Assembly (NCBI GenBank): GCA_964202905.1
Contig: CAXNJO010000003.1
Location: forward strand, 256,001-320,000
Source of the DNA: Polyangiales bacterium
GTDB lineage: Bacteria; Myxococcota_A; Polyangia; Polyangiales; JADJQN01
Direction: 5' to 3'
Length of the DNA: 64,000 nt
The notes below the pieces were generated by a model, which was not told where the DNA came from, did no database searches, and worked only from the letters and a program-made list of their open reading frames with translations. Position numbers and translations under genes: made by a program. Position 1 is the stretch's first letter, and each line of letters starts with the position of its first letter. Positions 51,299-60,003 of the stretch are shown here, piece by piece.

Positions 51299-51640
51299 TC
51301 ACACACCGCGTCGCAATGCCCCGCGCGTGGAGCTGGGCGGGGGAGGTATCTTGAAAACGTGGGTACAGCGCGTCGGACCCGTCCCCTCGCGCAGCTGGCC
51401 GACCTCCTGATCGAGTGGCGGCTGCAGCTTGAGCACCACGTCGGCGCCCCACGCGGTGGCGCGATCGACGAGCGCGGCGCCGGCGGCCTCGTACTGGGTG
51501 TCGGGGTAGCTGGCGATCTCGCCGGCCCCGCGCTCGAGCTGGACGTCCCAGCCGGCCTTCACCCACCGCGCCACGACCTGTGGCGACGCTGCGACCCGCC
51601 GCTCCTCGGGACGTATCTCCTTGACGATACCTAGCTTCAT
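51299..51640 (-). pseudogene. pntA: N-terminal fragment of NAD(P) transhydrogenase alpha subunit
   Basis: MKLGIVKE..PEERRVAASP, ERGAGEIASYPD..Y.AAGA, ADVVLKLQPP; similarity stops near 51380 (alanine dehydrogenase shares this domain). Confidence 0.75.
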
Positions 51641-51725
51641 GCGGGGGGCGGAGGTTGCCACCCGCCGCCCCCGCACGGAAGCCTTGACCCTCAACTTGTG
51701 CCCCCCCACGTGCGACACTGGCGGC

Positions 51726-52125
51726 ATGTCCGACTCTGCCGACCCAGGGGCGCTCGCGGCGCTGCAGGCCGAGGTCCTGGAGCTGCGCGAGGCCGTCAGC
51801 GCGCTGCAGGGAGAGCTGCGGCGGGCTCAGCACCGCGTGGACCTCACCATGCGGGGCCAGCTCCGGTGCAGAGCGTGCGGCTGCCGCCAGATCGCCCACG
51901 CCCTGCGCGTGCTCGACCGCGCCGACGGCAACACCCGGGACGCGATGGCCCTGTACCAGCCCAGCTGGTGGAGCACCCGCACCGTCGGCGAGCTCGAGGC
52001 CTACATCTGCACCCGCTGCGGCTCGGTGGAGTGGTGGATCACAGGACCCGGGCTCGCTGGTCGAGCACGCCGAGCACCTCGAGATCCTCGATGGCGATCG
52101 CGTCGGCGAGGGCCCGTACCGGTGA
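51726..52125 (+). CDS. Coiled-coil plus zinc-ribbon hypothetical protein; frameshift near 52050
   Basis: CRACG and CTRCG..EW pairs; C-terminus LVEHAEHLEILD..GPYR* in the shifted frame. Confidence 0.6.
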
Positions 52126-52330
52126 CCGGCGCGGGGACCCGGTACGACGCCGACGCGGCGGGCCGGCTGACCCGGATCACCGACCGCGCTGGCGCGGTCC
52201 ATGCCGAGCTATCCTGGAACGGCGACGCGCTGATCGCGCTGGTGGTGCCGGGCGCGAGCGTCCACGGCGAGGTCCATGACGATCCCCTGCTCGGGGCGTC
52301 CCACGCGATCCAGCACGCGGTCGAGGCGGG
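52122..52330 (+). pseudogene. N-terminal gene fragment with YD-like segment
   Basis: GTGA overlap start; YDADAAGRLTRITD; ends at the IS3-like remnant. Confidence 0.4.
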
Positions 52331-52334
52331 GAAT

Positions 52335-52419
52335 CTGCCCATCTCTCGCTTCGCGCGCATGTCCGCGAAGCAGGCAGCAGCGAGCTAGGCAACCTGTCTA
52401 CTGAACCGGGGCAAGCTCA
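52335..52419 (+). mobile_element. IS3-family right-end remnant
   Basis: QAAAS-stop followed by CCTGTCTACTGAACCGGGGCAAGCTCA, a typical IS3-family right terminal repeat ending in CA. Confidence 0.6.
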
Positions 52420-52559
52420 GTGTCGCGACGAGCACCCCGGAGCCCCTCGAGCGCCCCGGCGTGCTGGTGCGCGCTGCCGACGCGGCCCTGTACCAAGCCA
52501 AGGAACGGGGCCGCAATCGCGTGGTCTTGTCCGTAGCCGTCCGGCGACCCCCGTCGTGA
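52420..52559 (+). pseudogene. C-terminal GGDEF domain fragment
   Basis: GVAT...LVRAADAALYQAKERGRNRV starts immediately after the IS3 end. Confidence 0.8.
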
Positions 52560-52560
52560 C

Positions 52561-53237
52561 AAGCGCGCGGATCGACGTTCAGTTCGCGGCGGCCCAGGCG
52601 GCGGGGAGCAAGTCGTCGATGGCGTTCGCGGGGTGATCCTGCACGCGGGCGAGGACGTCGGAGAGGTAGTCGAAGGGGTTGATGCCGCGCGATTCGCAGG
52701 TGGCGACGAGCGAGTAGAGGCCGGCGAGGCTTTGGCCGGCGGCGACGTCGCCGACGAAGAGGTAGTTCTTGCGGCCGAGCGCGATCCTACGCAGCGCGCG
52801 CTCGGAGGCGTTGTTGTCGAGCGGGACGCGGGCGTCGTCGAGGAAGACGCCGAGCTCGTCCCACTGGCCGAGCGTGTAGCGGATGGCGGCGCCGATCGGG
52901 CTCTTCGGCGGTTGCTTTGCGTGCTGCGCGTCGAGCCAGTGCTTGAAGCGTTCGCGGATCGGGCCTGCGCGCTGTTTCCGAAACTCCAATTTGGCGGCGT
53001 CAGAAAGTTTGCGTTCCGCGGCCTCGTGTTCGACGCGATAGAGCGCGGTGATCAGGTCGAGCGCCTCCTGCGCGACGGGCGCGGTCTTGATCGACTCGAA
53101 GAAGTAGCGGCGCACGTGCGCATGGCAGGCCGCGCGGCGACGACTCGAGACCTTCTCGATGTCGTTGTAGCCGCTGTAGCCATCGACGAGCAGCACGCCT
53201 TTCGTGTCTTCGAGAAGCGCCTTCGGCGTCGCGCCGC
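52561..53237 (-). mobile_element. IS66-family transposase (TnpC) C-terminal fragment with near-intact end
   Basis: VDGYSGY, CHAHVRRYF, LDNNASERALR.IALGRKNYLF, GINPFDYLSDVL, DDLLP.AW; stop at 52579. Confidence 0.92.
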
Positions 53238-54074
53238 TCAGGGGACCGGCTCGGCGGTGGCCGCGGCGCGCGCGGAGGCCCTCGCCGTGCCGCCCCCCTC
53301 GGAGACTGGCACCGCGATCTCGAAGTCCATGTCGAACCGCATGTCGACGAGCCAACCGTCCGAGAGGCGGACGAAGAAGTCCCCCTCGACGCTCCCCCTC
53401 CCTCCACCGCGCTCCGTCTCCGCGACCGGTCGCTCGTCCACCACCGCGAGCGTGCCGGCCAAGCGGATGTGCGCGTGCAGCTCGTCGCCGCGCGGCTCGA
53501 CCGACACGAGCGTGTAGGCCGCATCGACCGTGTAGCGGTCGGTGCCTCCGTTCGGGTTCCAGCGGAGCGTGCCCTGCCACGCGTCGCCGATCGCGACCGG
53601 CGCCTCGGGATACAGCTCGAACACAGGCTGGGTGTTCGTCGCCGTGCCCTCCGCGGTGGAGGCGGGCCGCCCGCGCTCGTCGAGCAGGCGGATCGAGGGC
53701 GGTGAACACGGTCCGTCGCTCGGCTCGGGGGCCAGCCTCCGCATCAGCTCGCAGCGCGACTGCACCTCGAGGAGACCCGCATTGCTGACGCCGACGATTC
53801 GCTGGACGAAGCTGAACTCCGCCGCGGGGCCCCCTATCCCGTTGATGTTGTAGGCGGTGCGAAGCCGCATTCGCATCGCGGTGCCGAGGCTCGGCTGCAG
53901 GCGCAGCCGGTACGTCGCGGACGGGTCACCCGCGAGCCCGTTCGATGCGCTTCGGGCGGTGGCCTCGCCGCCCGCAGCCCCGGCGGCGCCGCAGCCGAGG
54001 AGGAGCGCCGCAACGGCCGCGAGCCGGGGTTCGACGCGCGGACGAAGGGATGTTTCGCTGCACCGTGTGTTCAT
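53238..54074 (-). CDS. Lipoprotein, DUF6263-like beta-rich fold
   Basis: Lipobox LLGC; YPEAPVAIGDAW, YTLVSVE, G.FFV...GWL. Confidence 0.7.
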   Translation of the reverse strand: MNTRCSETSLRPRVEPRLAAVAALLLGCGAAGAAGGEATARSASNGLAGDPSATYRLRLQPSLGTAMRMRLRTAYNINGIGGPAAEFSFVQRIVGVSNAGLLEVQSRCELMRRLAPEPSDGPCSPPSIRLLDERGRPASTAEGTATNTQPVFELYPEAPVAIGDAWQGTLRWNPNGGTDRYTVDAAYTLVSVEPRGDELHAHIRLAGTLAVVDERPVAETERGGGRGSVEGDFFVRLSDGWLVDMRFDMDFEIAVPVSEGGGTARASARAAATAEPVP

Positions 54075-54152
54075 CGGCGGACCGTACTTGCCGCGAAGCT
54101 GCCTCGTCCAAGACCCTCGGGTGGGATTCCCGATCTCGGATTCGATGGTGAG

Positions 54153-54659
54153 ATGGCGGACCTCGGATACGCGCGACCGCTGCGCGCGCTGACTCCGGTG
54201 ACGTATCGACTGCTGCGGAGGCGCGGCTCGACTCTCGCCGGCCTCGGCGCGGTGTTCCGGGTGACGTGGCGGGACGGGGTCGCGGTGCTGCGGGAGCCCA
54301 TCTCGGGGCCTCCGGAGGCCGCCGAACTCGTGTTCGGAAGCTCGTTTTTTCCCGGCTGCCCGCGGCCGCACGGGCCCGTGCAGGTGAACGATGCGTGGAC
54401 CGAGGCCGACCCGCTCGAGCCCTCGATGGTGCTGCAGGCGCGCCTCGTCTCGATCGACGCCGAAGTCGGCACGGCGAGCGTGGAGTGCACCTCGCAGGGC
54501 GTGCTGCCGCAGGCGGACGGGACAACGATGCACCTCCGCGCACGCGATGAGATCGCGATCGGCACGGGACTCTCGGTGCGCGTCACCTGCGACGTGACGG
54601 TCAGCGCCGAGCGCTTTCGGACGACGACCCGAGCGGTCACCGAGCGCGCCCCGCTCTGA
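54153..54659 (+). CDS. Hypothetical protein, possibly same fold as 53238-54074
   Basis: PHGPVQVNDAW, ARLVSID, TGL; no signal peptide. Confidence 0.55.
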   Translation: MADLGYARPLRALTPVTYRLLRRRGSTLAGLGAVFRVTWRDGVAVLREPISGPPEAAELVFGSSFFPGCPRPHGPVQVNDAWTEADPLEPSMVLQARLVSIDAEVGTASVECTSQGVLPQADGTTMHLRARDEIAIGTGLSVRVTCDVTVSAERFRTTTRAVTERAPL

Positions 54660-54680
54660 GCTGCGCGGAGCCGCCCGCGC

Positions 54681-54743
54681 CGAACATCGCGACGCAGATC
54701 GCCGGCGAATTCAACGGAATCGGCCAGCTCGGCGAGACGCTCG
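54681..54743 (+). repeat. 63-bp copy of the FG-GAP gene 3' region (38891-38953)
   Basis: Direct alignment with two mismatches. Confidence 0.92.
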
Positions 54744-54946
54744 GCGCCGGCCAACCGGCGCAGCGCGGCGCCTCGGCGCGCGCGTCGCTCTTCGTCGGAG
54801 TCCATGCGCAGCTGCGTATCGGACGCGTGGTGCGATGGCCAAGGCGCTCCGACCGACCCTGACCAACCTCCGCCACTCTCAGAAGAATACGTGAACACCT
54901 CGTCGGCGCTCAGCTCAGCGACACCGTTGACACACAGCGCCACCCC

Positions 54947-55450
54947 ATGAGCAGGATCGCGCTCATGAAGTTGTCCCACTCGCACCGTTTCATCGCATTG
55001 GTCTTGCTCGTTACGTTCTCCGCGATCTCGTCGGGCTGCTACAAGAACGTCGCGATTCGCCCAGACCAGATCCCGCAGCTCAGCGGCATGCCGAGCCCCA
55101 CAGTCGTCGGCCAGTCCGGCAACACCACGATCTACGCAATCCCCGTCGCGACCGTCCTCGCGCCCGACGGGACCAACGTGCAGATTCGCGGCGAGTACAA
55201 CCTCGTGCTTCGCATGAACGGCGGCCAGGAGTTCACTTTCGACCATCCGGTGCGCGGCACGATCGACCCCGGCGGAGTGCTCGACGTCAACGGCGCCAAC
55301 CGGCCGGCGACGCGGTTCAACCTTGGCGATATTCGCGAATCGTTCGTCACGCAGTACGACGCCGTCGCGAGCGTCTTCGCCATCATGGGAGCGAGCCTCT
55401 TGGCCTTCGCGGTCTCCCTGGGCATCACATTTGCCGCCATCGGGCGCTGA
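54947..55450 (+). CDS. Lipoprotein-like protein with C-terminal TM helix
   Basis: Signal peptide ending SSGC; hydrophobic C-terminus; alternative start 54965. Confidence 0.75.
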   Translation: MSRIALMKLSHSHRFIALVLLVTFSAISSGCYKNVAIRPDQIPQLSGMPSPTVVGQSGNTTIYAIPVATVLAPDGTNVQIRGEYNLVLRMNGGQEFTFDHPVRGTIDPGGVLDVNGANRPATRFNLGDIRESFVTQYDAVASVFAIMGASLLAFAVSLGITFAAIGR

Positions 55451-55596
55451 CGGGCCTCCCGCATCCGACGCCGCAGCATGTCGAGATTCCCCGGCAACCA
55501 AACCTGCGTTGCGGCGCGCGACAGCCCACCGAAACTGTCCGACTCACACGAATGGCGGATATCCACGGGGCGATTCGAGTCTTTGCGCACACGGCA

Positions 55597-55697
55597 CATC
55601 GCGCCCGGTTCGACGGGAGCGCGCCCCCCGCGTGCCTCGATTCGACCGCGACACGCCGACGACGGCGTCGCCGCGATCCCCCGCGCCGACTAGGGCC
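55597..55697 (+). repeat. Right copy of 101-bp direct repeat
   Basis: Matches 39077-39177; includes the TAG stop of the 55690 gene. Confidence 0.95.
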
Positions 55698-56664
55698 CGA
55701 CGGCCCCGCGGGGCGCGCCCGCCGCGATCCACGCGCGGAGGTTCGCGAGGACGTCGTCGGTCACGCGGAGCGCGTTGAGCGGCATCGGACGCCCGCACAC
55801 CGCGGCGTCGTCCGTCGCGGCGAGCTTCCGCAACAACAGCGAGGCGTCGGGGTTCGCCGTGTCGAGCAGCGCGCCTTCCCCACGGCAGTCGTCGCCCGCG
55901 CGCACCCCGCGGGGCGGCGCGACGAGCTCCGCGTAGCTCGCCTCGGCGTCGTCGACGAACACCTGAAAGCCCGCGCCCGGGTTCCCGCCGTGGCACAGCC
56001 CCGAGGCGCAGCGCGGCACGAGCAGCGCGCCGAACACGCTGTCCCAGCTCGCTTCGACGGGCGCGATGGGCTGCCCCGGCACCACCACGCTCGGCACGCC
56101 GTCCGCCCGCGTGACCGTGCGCTCGACGACGGGCCCGTCGCACGCGAGCCAGTTGCGCAGCACCTCCCGCCCCTCGGACGTCTCGAGCCCCGGCAGCGGC
56201 TCGCTCTCCCCCGACGCGCGCAAGCGTGCGTAGCGCGGCCCCGCCGCGACGACCCGCTGCGCCTCGGGCGACGCCGGAGGCATCGTCCCGGCCACGACCT
56301 CCTCCCAGATCGACGCACGCGCCTGGCGCACGCGAAAGCGCGCGTGCCGCAGCCGCGCGACCTCGTCCGGGACGACACGCGCATCGCTCGACGCGAGCCG
56401 CACGTCGAAATCGAAGCCCGCCGGCACGCCGTGCAGCGCCGCCGCGTCGACGCCCGATGCGTGACAGAACTGCCCGCCGCCGCATGAGCCGAGCAGCAGC
56501 GCCTGCCCTTCGTACGCCGGCATGCCCGTGCTCGTGTCGTAGACGACGCGCTCGGCGGCGACCGGGTCGCACACACCCAGATCCGCGCTGCATCCCGTGC
56601 CCGCGACGAGCGCGGCGACCGCGAGATGCCCCTGCCACGCCACCCGCCGAAGACGCTCGATCAC
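55690..56664 (-). CDS. Lipoprotein with two cytochrome c-like domains and non-canonical heme motifs
   Basis: GTGC lipobox-like; CGGGQFCH..GTMPP..WL and CASGLCH..SLLLRKL..PMP..WIAAGA; start approximate. Confidence 0.75.
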   Translation of the reverse strand: MIERLRRVAWQGHLAVAALVAGTGCSADLGVCDPVAAERVVYDTSTGMPAYEGQALLLGSCGGGQFCHASGVDAAALHGVPAGFDFDVRLASSDARVVPDEVARLRHARFRVRQARASIWEEVVAGTMPPASPEAQRVVAAGPRYARLRASGESEPLPGLETSEGREVLRNWLACDGPVVERTVTRADGVPSVVVPGQPIAPVEASWDSVFGALLVPRCASGLCHGGNPGAGFQVFVDDAEASYAELVAPPRGVRAGDDCRGEGALLDTANPDASLLLRKLAATDDAAVCGRPMPLNALRVTDDVLANLRAWIAAGAPRGAVGP

Positions 56665-56748
56665 GCGCCGAGCAAACCATGCTTCCCACCACGCGGGAAG
56701 CCCCGCGCGCCTTGCCTCGCGGAAACGCCGATGGACTGGGCGTGTCTC

Positions 56749-56770
56749 GACAGCCAGCCGGCTGGCTGTC
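56749..56770. repeat. Perfect 22-bp palindrome, copy 2
   Basis: Identical to 28733-28754. Confidence 0.9.
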
Positions 56771-56850
56771 CGCGGGCGCCGGCGCGACCCCTCGGCCCAG
56801 CGGCGCGCAAGCCGCGCGCCCCACCGCGCGACTCCTGTACCCTTCGCGCC

Positions 56851-58074
56851 GTGCAGACCCCCGACGACGGCCGCGCGTACCGCCGCAAACTCCTCTTCTT
56901 CCTCGGCGTCGCGACCTTCTTCGAGGGCTTCGACGGGATGGCGCTCGCGCAGCTCCTGCCCTCGGTGCAGCGTGATTTCCGCCTGACGGACTGGGCGCTC
57001 GGCGGCCTCGTCGCGCTCGTCAACTTCGGCACGGTGATCGCCTATCTGCTCGTGCGGCAGTCCGATCGCGTCGGCCGCAAACCGGTGCTCGACATCACGA
57101 TCGTGGGATATGCGATCACCTCGTTTCTCTCGGCGTTTGCGCCCGAGGGGATCTCGTTTGCGCTCCTGCAGATGAGCGCGCGCGTCTTCCTGATCGGCGA
57201 GTGGGTCGTCTCCACCGTCTACGCCGCCGAGGAGTTCCCCGCCAACGAGCGTGGGTTTGCGATCGGTCTGATCAATGCCTTTGCGAGCCTCGGCGCGGTG
57301 GTGTGCGCGGGTGTCGTCCCGCTGCTGCTGCGCCTGCCGTGGGGCTGGCGGAGCGTCTACGTCGTCGGGACGATTCCGCTCCTCGCGCTCGCCTTCGCGC
57401 GGCGCGGGATCCGCGAAACCCATCGCTTCTCGCAACTCCCCCTCTCCGAGCGCAAACCCACGGCGCTCTTCCGCGTCTTCGGCACGCCCTATCGCCGCCG
57501 CGTCCTGCAACTCGCCCTCATCTGGGGCCTCACCTATCTCTGCACGCAGACGGCCATCACCTTCTTCAAATCCCGTGCAGTCGATGAATTGCACCGCAGC
57601 GAGGGGGAGGTCGGCACGATCATCAGCGTCGCCGCCGTGCTCTCGATGCCCGCGGTCTTCCTGATCGGGCGCCTCTTCGACCGCTTCGGCCGCAAGCCCA
57701 TCGCGAGTTTCGTCTTCCTCGCGACCGCCCTCGGCTGCGTCGGGGCCTACACGGCGACGAGCACGCCGCTGCTCGTCGTCTCGGCCATTCTCGCCGTCTT
57801 CGGCTGCGCGGCGGTGCTCCCCGTCCTCAACGCCTTCAACACCGAGCTCTTCCCCACGGATCTGCGCGGCGACGCCTTCGCGTGGTCCAACAACCTCCTC
57901 GGTCGCGTCGGCTACGTGCTCTCGCCGCTCGTCGTCGGCGCCGCCGCCGAGCGCTTCGGCTGGGGACCCTCCGTCGCTCTCACCGCGCTCGGCCCGCTCG
58001 TCGCCCTCGTCCTCATCCTCCGCTGGCTCCCCGAGACGAGCGGCAAAGAGCTCGAGGAGACGTCACGGCTCTGA
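56851..58074 (+). CDS. MFS transporter
   Basis: About 12 TM segments; FFEGFD, SDRVGRKP, EEFPANERG, FDRFGRKP, ELFPTDLRG, LPETSGKELEE. Confidence 0.95.
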   Translation: MQTPDDGRAYRRKLLFFLGVATFFEGFDGMALAQLLPSVQRDFRLTDWALGGLVALVNFGTVIAYLLVRQSDRVGRKPVLDITIVGYAITSFLSAFAPEGISFALLQMSARVFLIGEWVVSTVYAAEEFPANERGFAIGLINAFASLGAVVCAGVVPLLLRLPWGWRSVYVVGTIPLLALAFARRGIRETHRFSQLPLSERKPTALFRVFGTPYRRRVLQLALIWGLTYLCTQTAITFFKSRAVDELHRSEGEVGTIISVAAVLSMPAVFLIGRLFDRFGRKPIASFVFLATALGCVGAYTATSTPLLVVSAILAVFGCAAVLPVLNAFNTELFPTDLRGDAFAWSNNLLGRVGYVLSPLVVGAAAERFGWGPSVALTALGPLVALVLILRWLPETSGKELEETSRL

Positions 58075-58113
58075 CGAAAGTGAGATTCTCGCGCCCCCGT
58101 ATCCGCCGCCGTT

Positions 58114-58671
58114 TCAGAAGCACAGACGGAATGCAGCGAGGCAAGACGCACTGTCGATTGCGGACAGCCCGCAGGTGACGAGCGCACCGTTTTCGGCAGC
58201 ACAAGCTGCTACGAAACATTCTGAGCCGAGGTCGCCCTCGCAGTTCTCAGCAGCGCAGCAGGATGCGCTCTGCCACTGTCCGAGACATTCGCCAGAGAAC
58301 GCGCACACCTCCGAATTCAGCTTGATGCAGTCGTTGCATGCGCTCCCGAACATGAGCGCACACACGGAGAGGCATTGTGAGTCGCGGCAGGTGACGAAAC
58401 AGTCGGAGGCCGCCGTGGGGCATCTACCCGTTTGATATTCGGGTAGAGCGACGTCACAGGCTGGACCCATGTCGACGTCGCCGAGGTCCATCTCACCGAG
58501 ATCGACGTCGCCGAGGTCCATCTCACCGAGATCGACCCCGCCGTCCGGCATGATGCCCCCGCCCTCATCGACCGTGAAGCTGTCGAAATCGGAGACGACG
58601 GTGCAACCCGCGACCACGAGAAGTGCGGTCAGCCCGCAGCTCCTGATGGAATTTGCACAGAATCGTCGCAT
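58114..58671 (-). CDS. Cys-rich lipoprotein with DLGEM/DLGDV linker repeats
   Basis: Lipobox VAGC; 30-bp tandem repeat at 58472-58536; Cys-rich C-terminus. Confidence 0.8.
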   Translation of the reverse strand: MRRFCANSIRSCGLTALLVVAGCTVVSDFDSFTVDEGGGIMPDGGVDLGEMDLGDVDLGEMDLGDVDMGPACDVALPEYQTGRCPTAASDCFVTCRDSQCLSVCALMFGSACNDCIKLNSEVCAFSGECLGQWQSASCCAAENCEGDLGSECFVAACAAENGALVTCGLSAIDSASCLAAFRLCF

Positions 58672-59834
58672 CAGAACCTCCCCCCGACGCCGACCGCGCA
58701 GCCGCGGCCATCGCAGGCCGCCGTCGCTGTGACGGGCGTTTCGTCGTCACCATCGACGAGCCACCATGCAAGGCCGAAGCCGATGGCGAGCGCGCCACCG
58801 ACGCCGAAGAGCACGTCGGCCGCGAGCGCCTCGCTGCTCCCGCGATCGACCAACGACTGTGCCTCGCCCGGGCAGAACCGCTCCGCATCGCAGAGCGCAT
58901 CGAGCTCCCCGCGCGTGCCGCGCGCGAGGACCGCGGGCACGATGCCTGCGGCCGCGACGCCAACACCTACGAAGGTGCCCACGATGGCCCACGTCGGTGC
59001 GCCGCCGCCCGAGTCCGTCGCAACCTCGCCCGGCGCGGAACCCGTCTCATTTGCACGCGCGGACGGCGCATCGGCAGAGTTCTCCTGCGCGGGGCCGGAA
59101 GTCGGCGCGGCGGGCGCCACGCGGTCGACGGCGGGCATCTCGCGGGGCGGCGGGGTCACGGTCACCGGTGGCGCGACATGTGCCGTCGTCGTCACGCTCG
59201 TCGCCGCGGGGGTCATCGACGCAGGGGGCGTCGCGGAAATCGGCGCGGGCGGTGTCGCGGACGTCGACGCGCGGGACGCCGCGGTCGTCGGCGCCGGAGG
59301 CGTCGCGGTCGTCGGCGCGGAGGGCGTTGCCACCGCCGCCGGATTCGATGCTGCACTACTCGCCGGAGCGATGGCCGGCGCTGCTGCACCCACACGCGCC
59401 GCGGCGATGGCCTCCGCCTGACGGGCCTGCGCAGCGCGGAGTGCACCGATGCGCGTGCGCACCTCCGCAGCATTGGGCGCGTCGGGCATGGCCGCGAGGT
59501 AGCGGTCGAAGGCCTCGAGTGCCTCGTCGTCACGACGCAGGCGATCCGCGCACTGACCGATGTTGTAGAGCAACGCAGGCCGCGCACTCAGCGTGTAGGC
59601 CTCGCGAAAGCGGGCGAGGGCCGTGTCGTAACGGGCGTCCGCGAAGGCGCGCTTCGCCGCCTCGAAGAGCAGCCGCGCCTCGCCGTCCTGCGCCTCTGAC
59701 GCCGACCCCTGCGAGCGTGGCTGCGCGAGCACGCGAGTCGGCGCCAACCACGCTGCGCTGGCGAGCGCCAGCACCCCGACGAACGCTGCGCCATGCACGC
59801 AGCGCGAATCCCATGCAGCCTGAATGCGTCCCAT
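58671..59834 (-). CDS. Secreted TPR protein with Pro/Ala/Thr linker and hydrophobic C-terminal domain
   Basis: ARLLFE.A..AF...RY..AL..FREAY, LLYNIGQC, C-terminal VGVGGRF. Confidence 0.82.
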   Translation of the reverse strand: MGRIQAAWDSRCVHGAAFVGVLALASAAWLAPTRVLAQPRSQGSASEAQDGEARLLFEAAKRAFADARYDTALARFREAYTLSARPALLYNIGQCADRLRRDDEALEAFDRYLAAMPDAPNAAEVRTRIGALRAAQARQAEAIAAARVGAAAPAIAPASSAASNPAAVATPSAPTTATPPAPTTAASRASTSATPPAPISATPPASMTPAATSVTTTAHVAPPVTVTPPPREMPAVDRVAPAAPTSGPAQENSADAPSARANETGSAPGEVATDSGGGAPTWAIVGTFVGVGVAAAGIVPAVLARGTRGELDALCDAERFCPGEAQSLVDRGSSEALAADVLFGVGGALAIGFGLAWWLVDGDDETPVTATAACDGRGCAVGVGGRF

Positions 59835-60003
59835 CCTCGTGCCTTCCCGTCGCGGTGGACCCGACGACCGAATGGTCGTGCGGGCGGAGGATGGCGGGGT
59901 TCCCCCACCGTTTCAAGCATGGTGCGCGCGGCGACGCGCCGTGAAGATCGCCTGTTCATCCGCGCGAGCCATGAGAATCGCCGACGTCGTGTCCCGACCC
60001 GAC

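Noticed and set aside
51343..51360. GAGGTATCTTGAAAAC as an IS terminal inverted repeat near the pntA break
   Set aside because: No partner repeat or transposase found in the window
39178..55584. Integron or prophage interpretation of the island
   Set aside because: No tyrosine/serine integrase, no attC-like boxes recognised, no phage structural genes
58472..58536. 30-bp tandem repeat as a regulatory element
   Set aside because: Lies in frame within a lipoprotein gene and encodes an ordinary DLGEM/DLGDV linker
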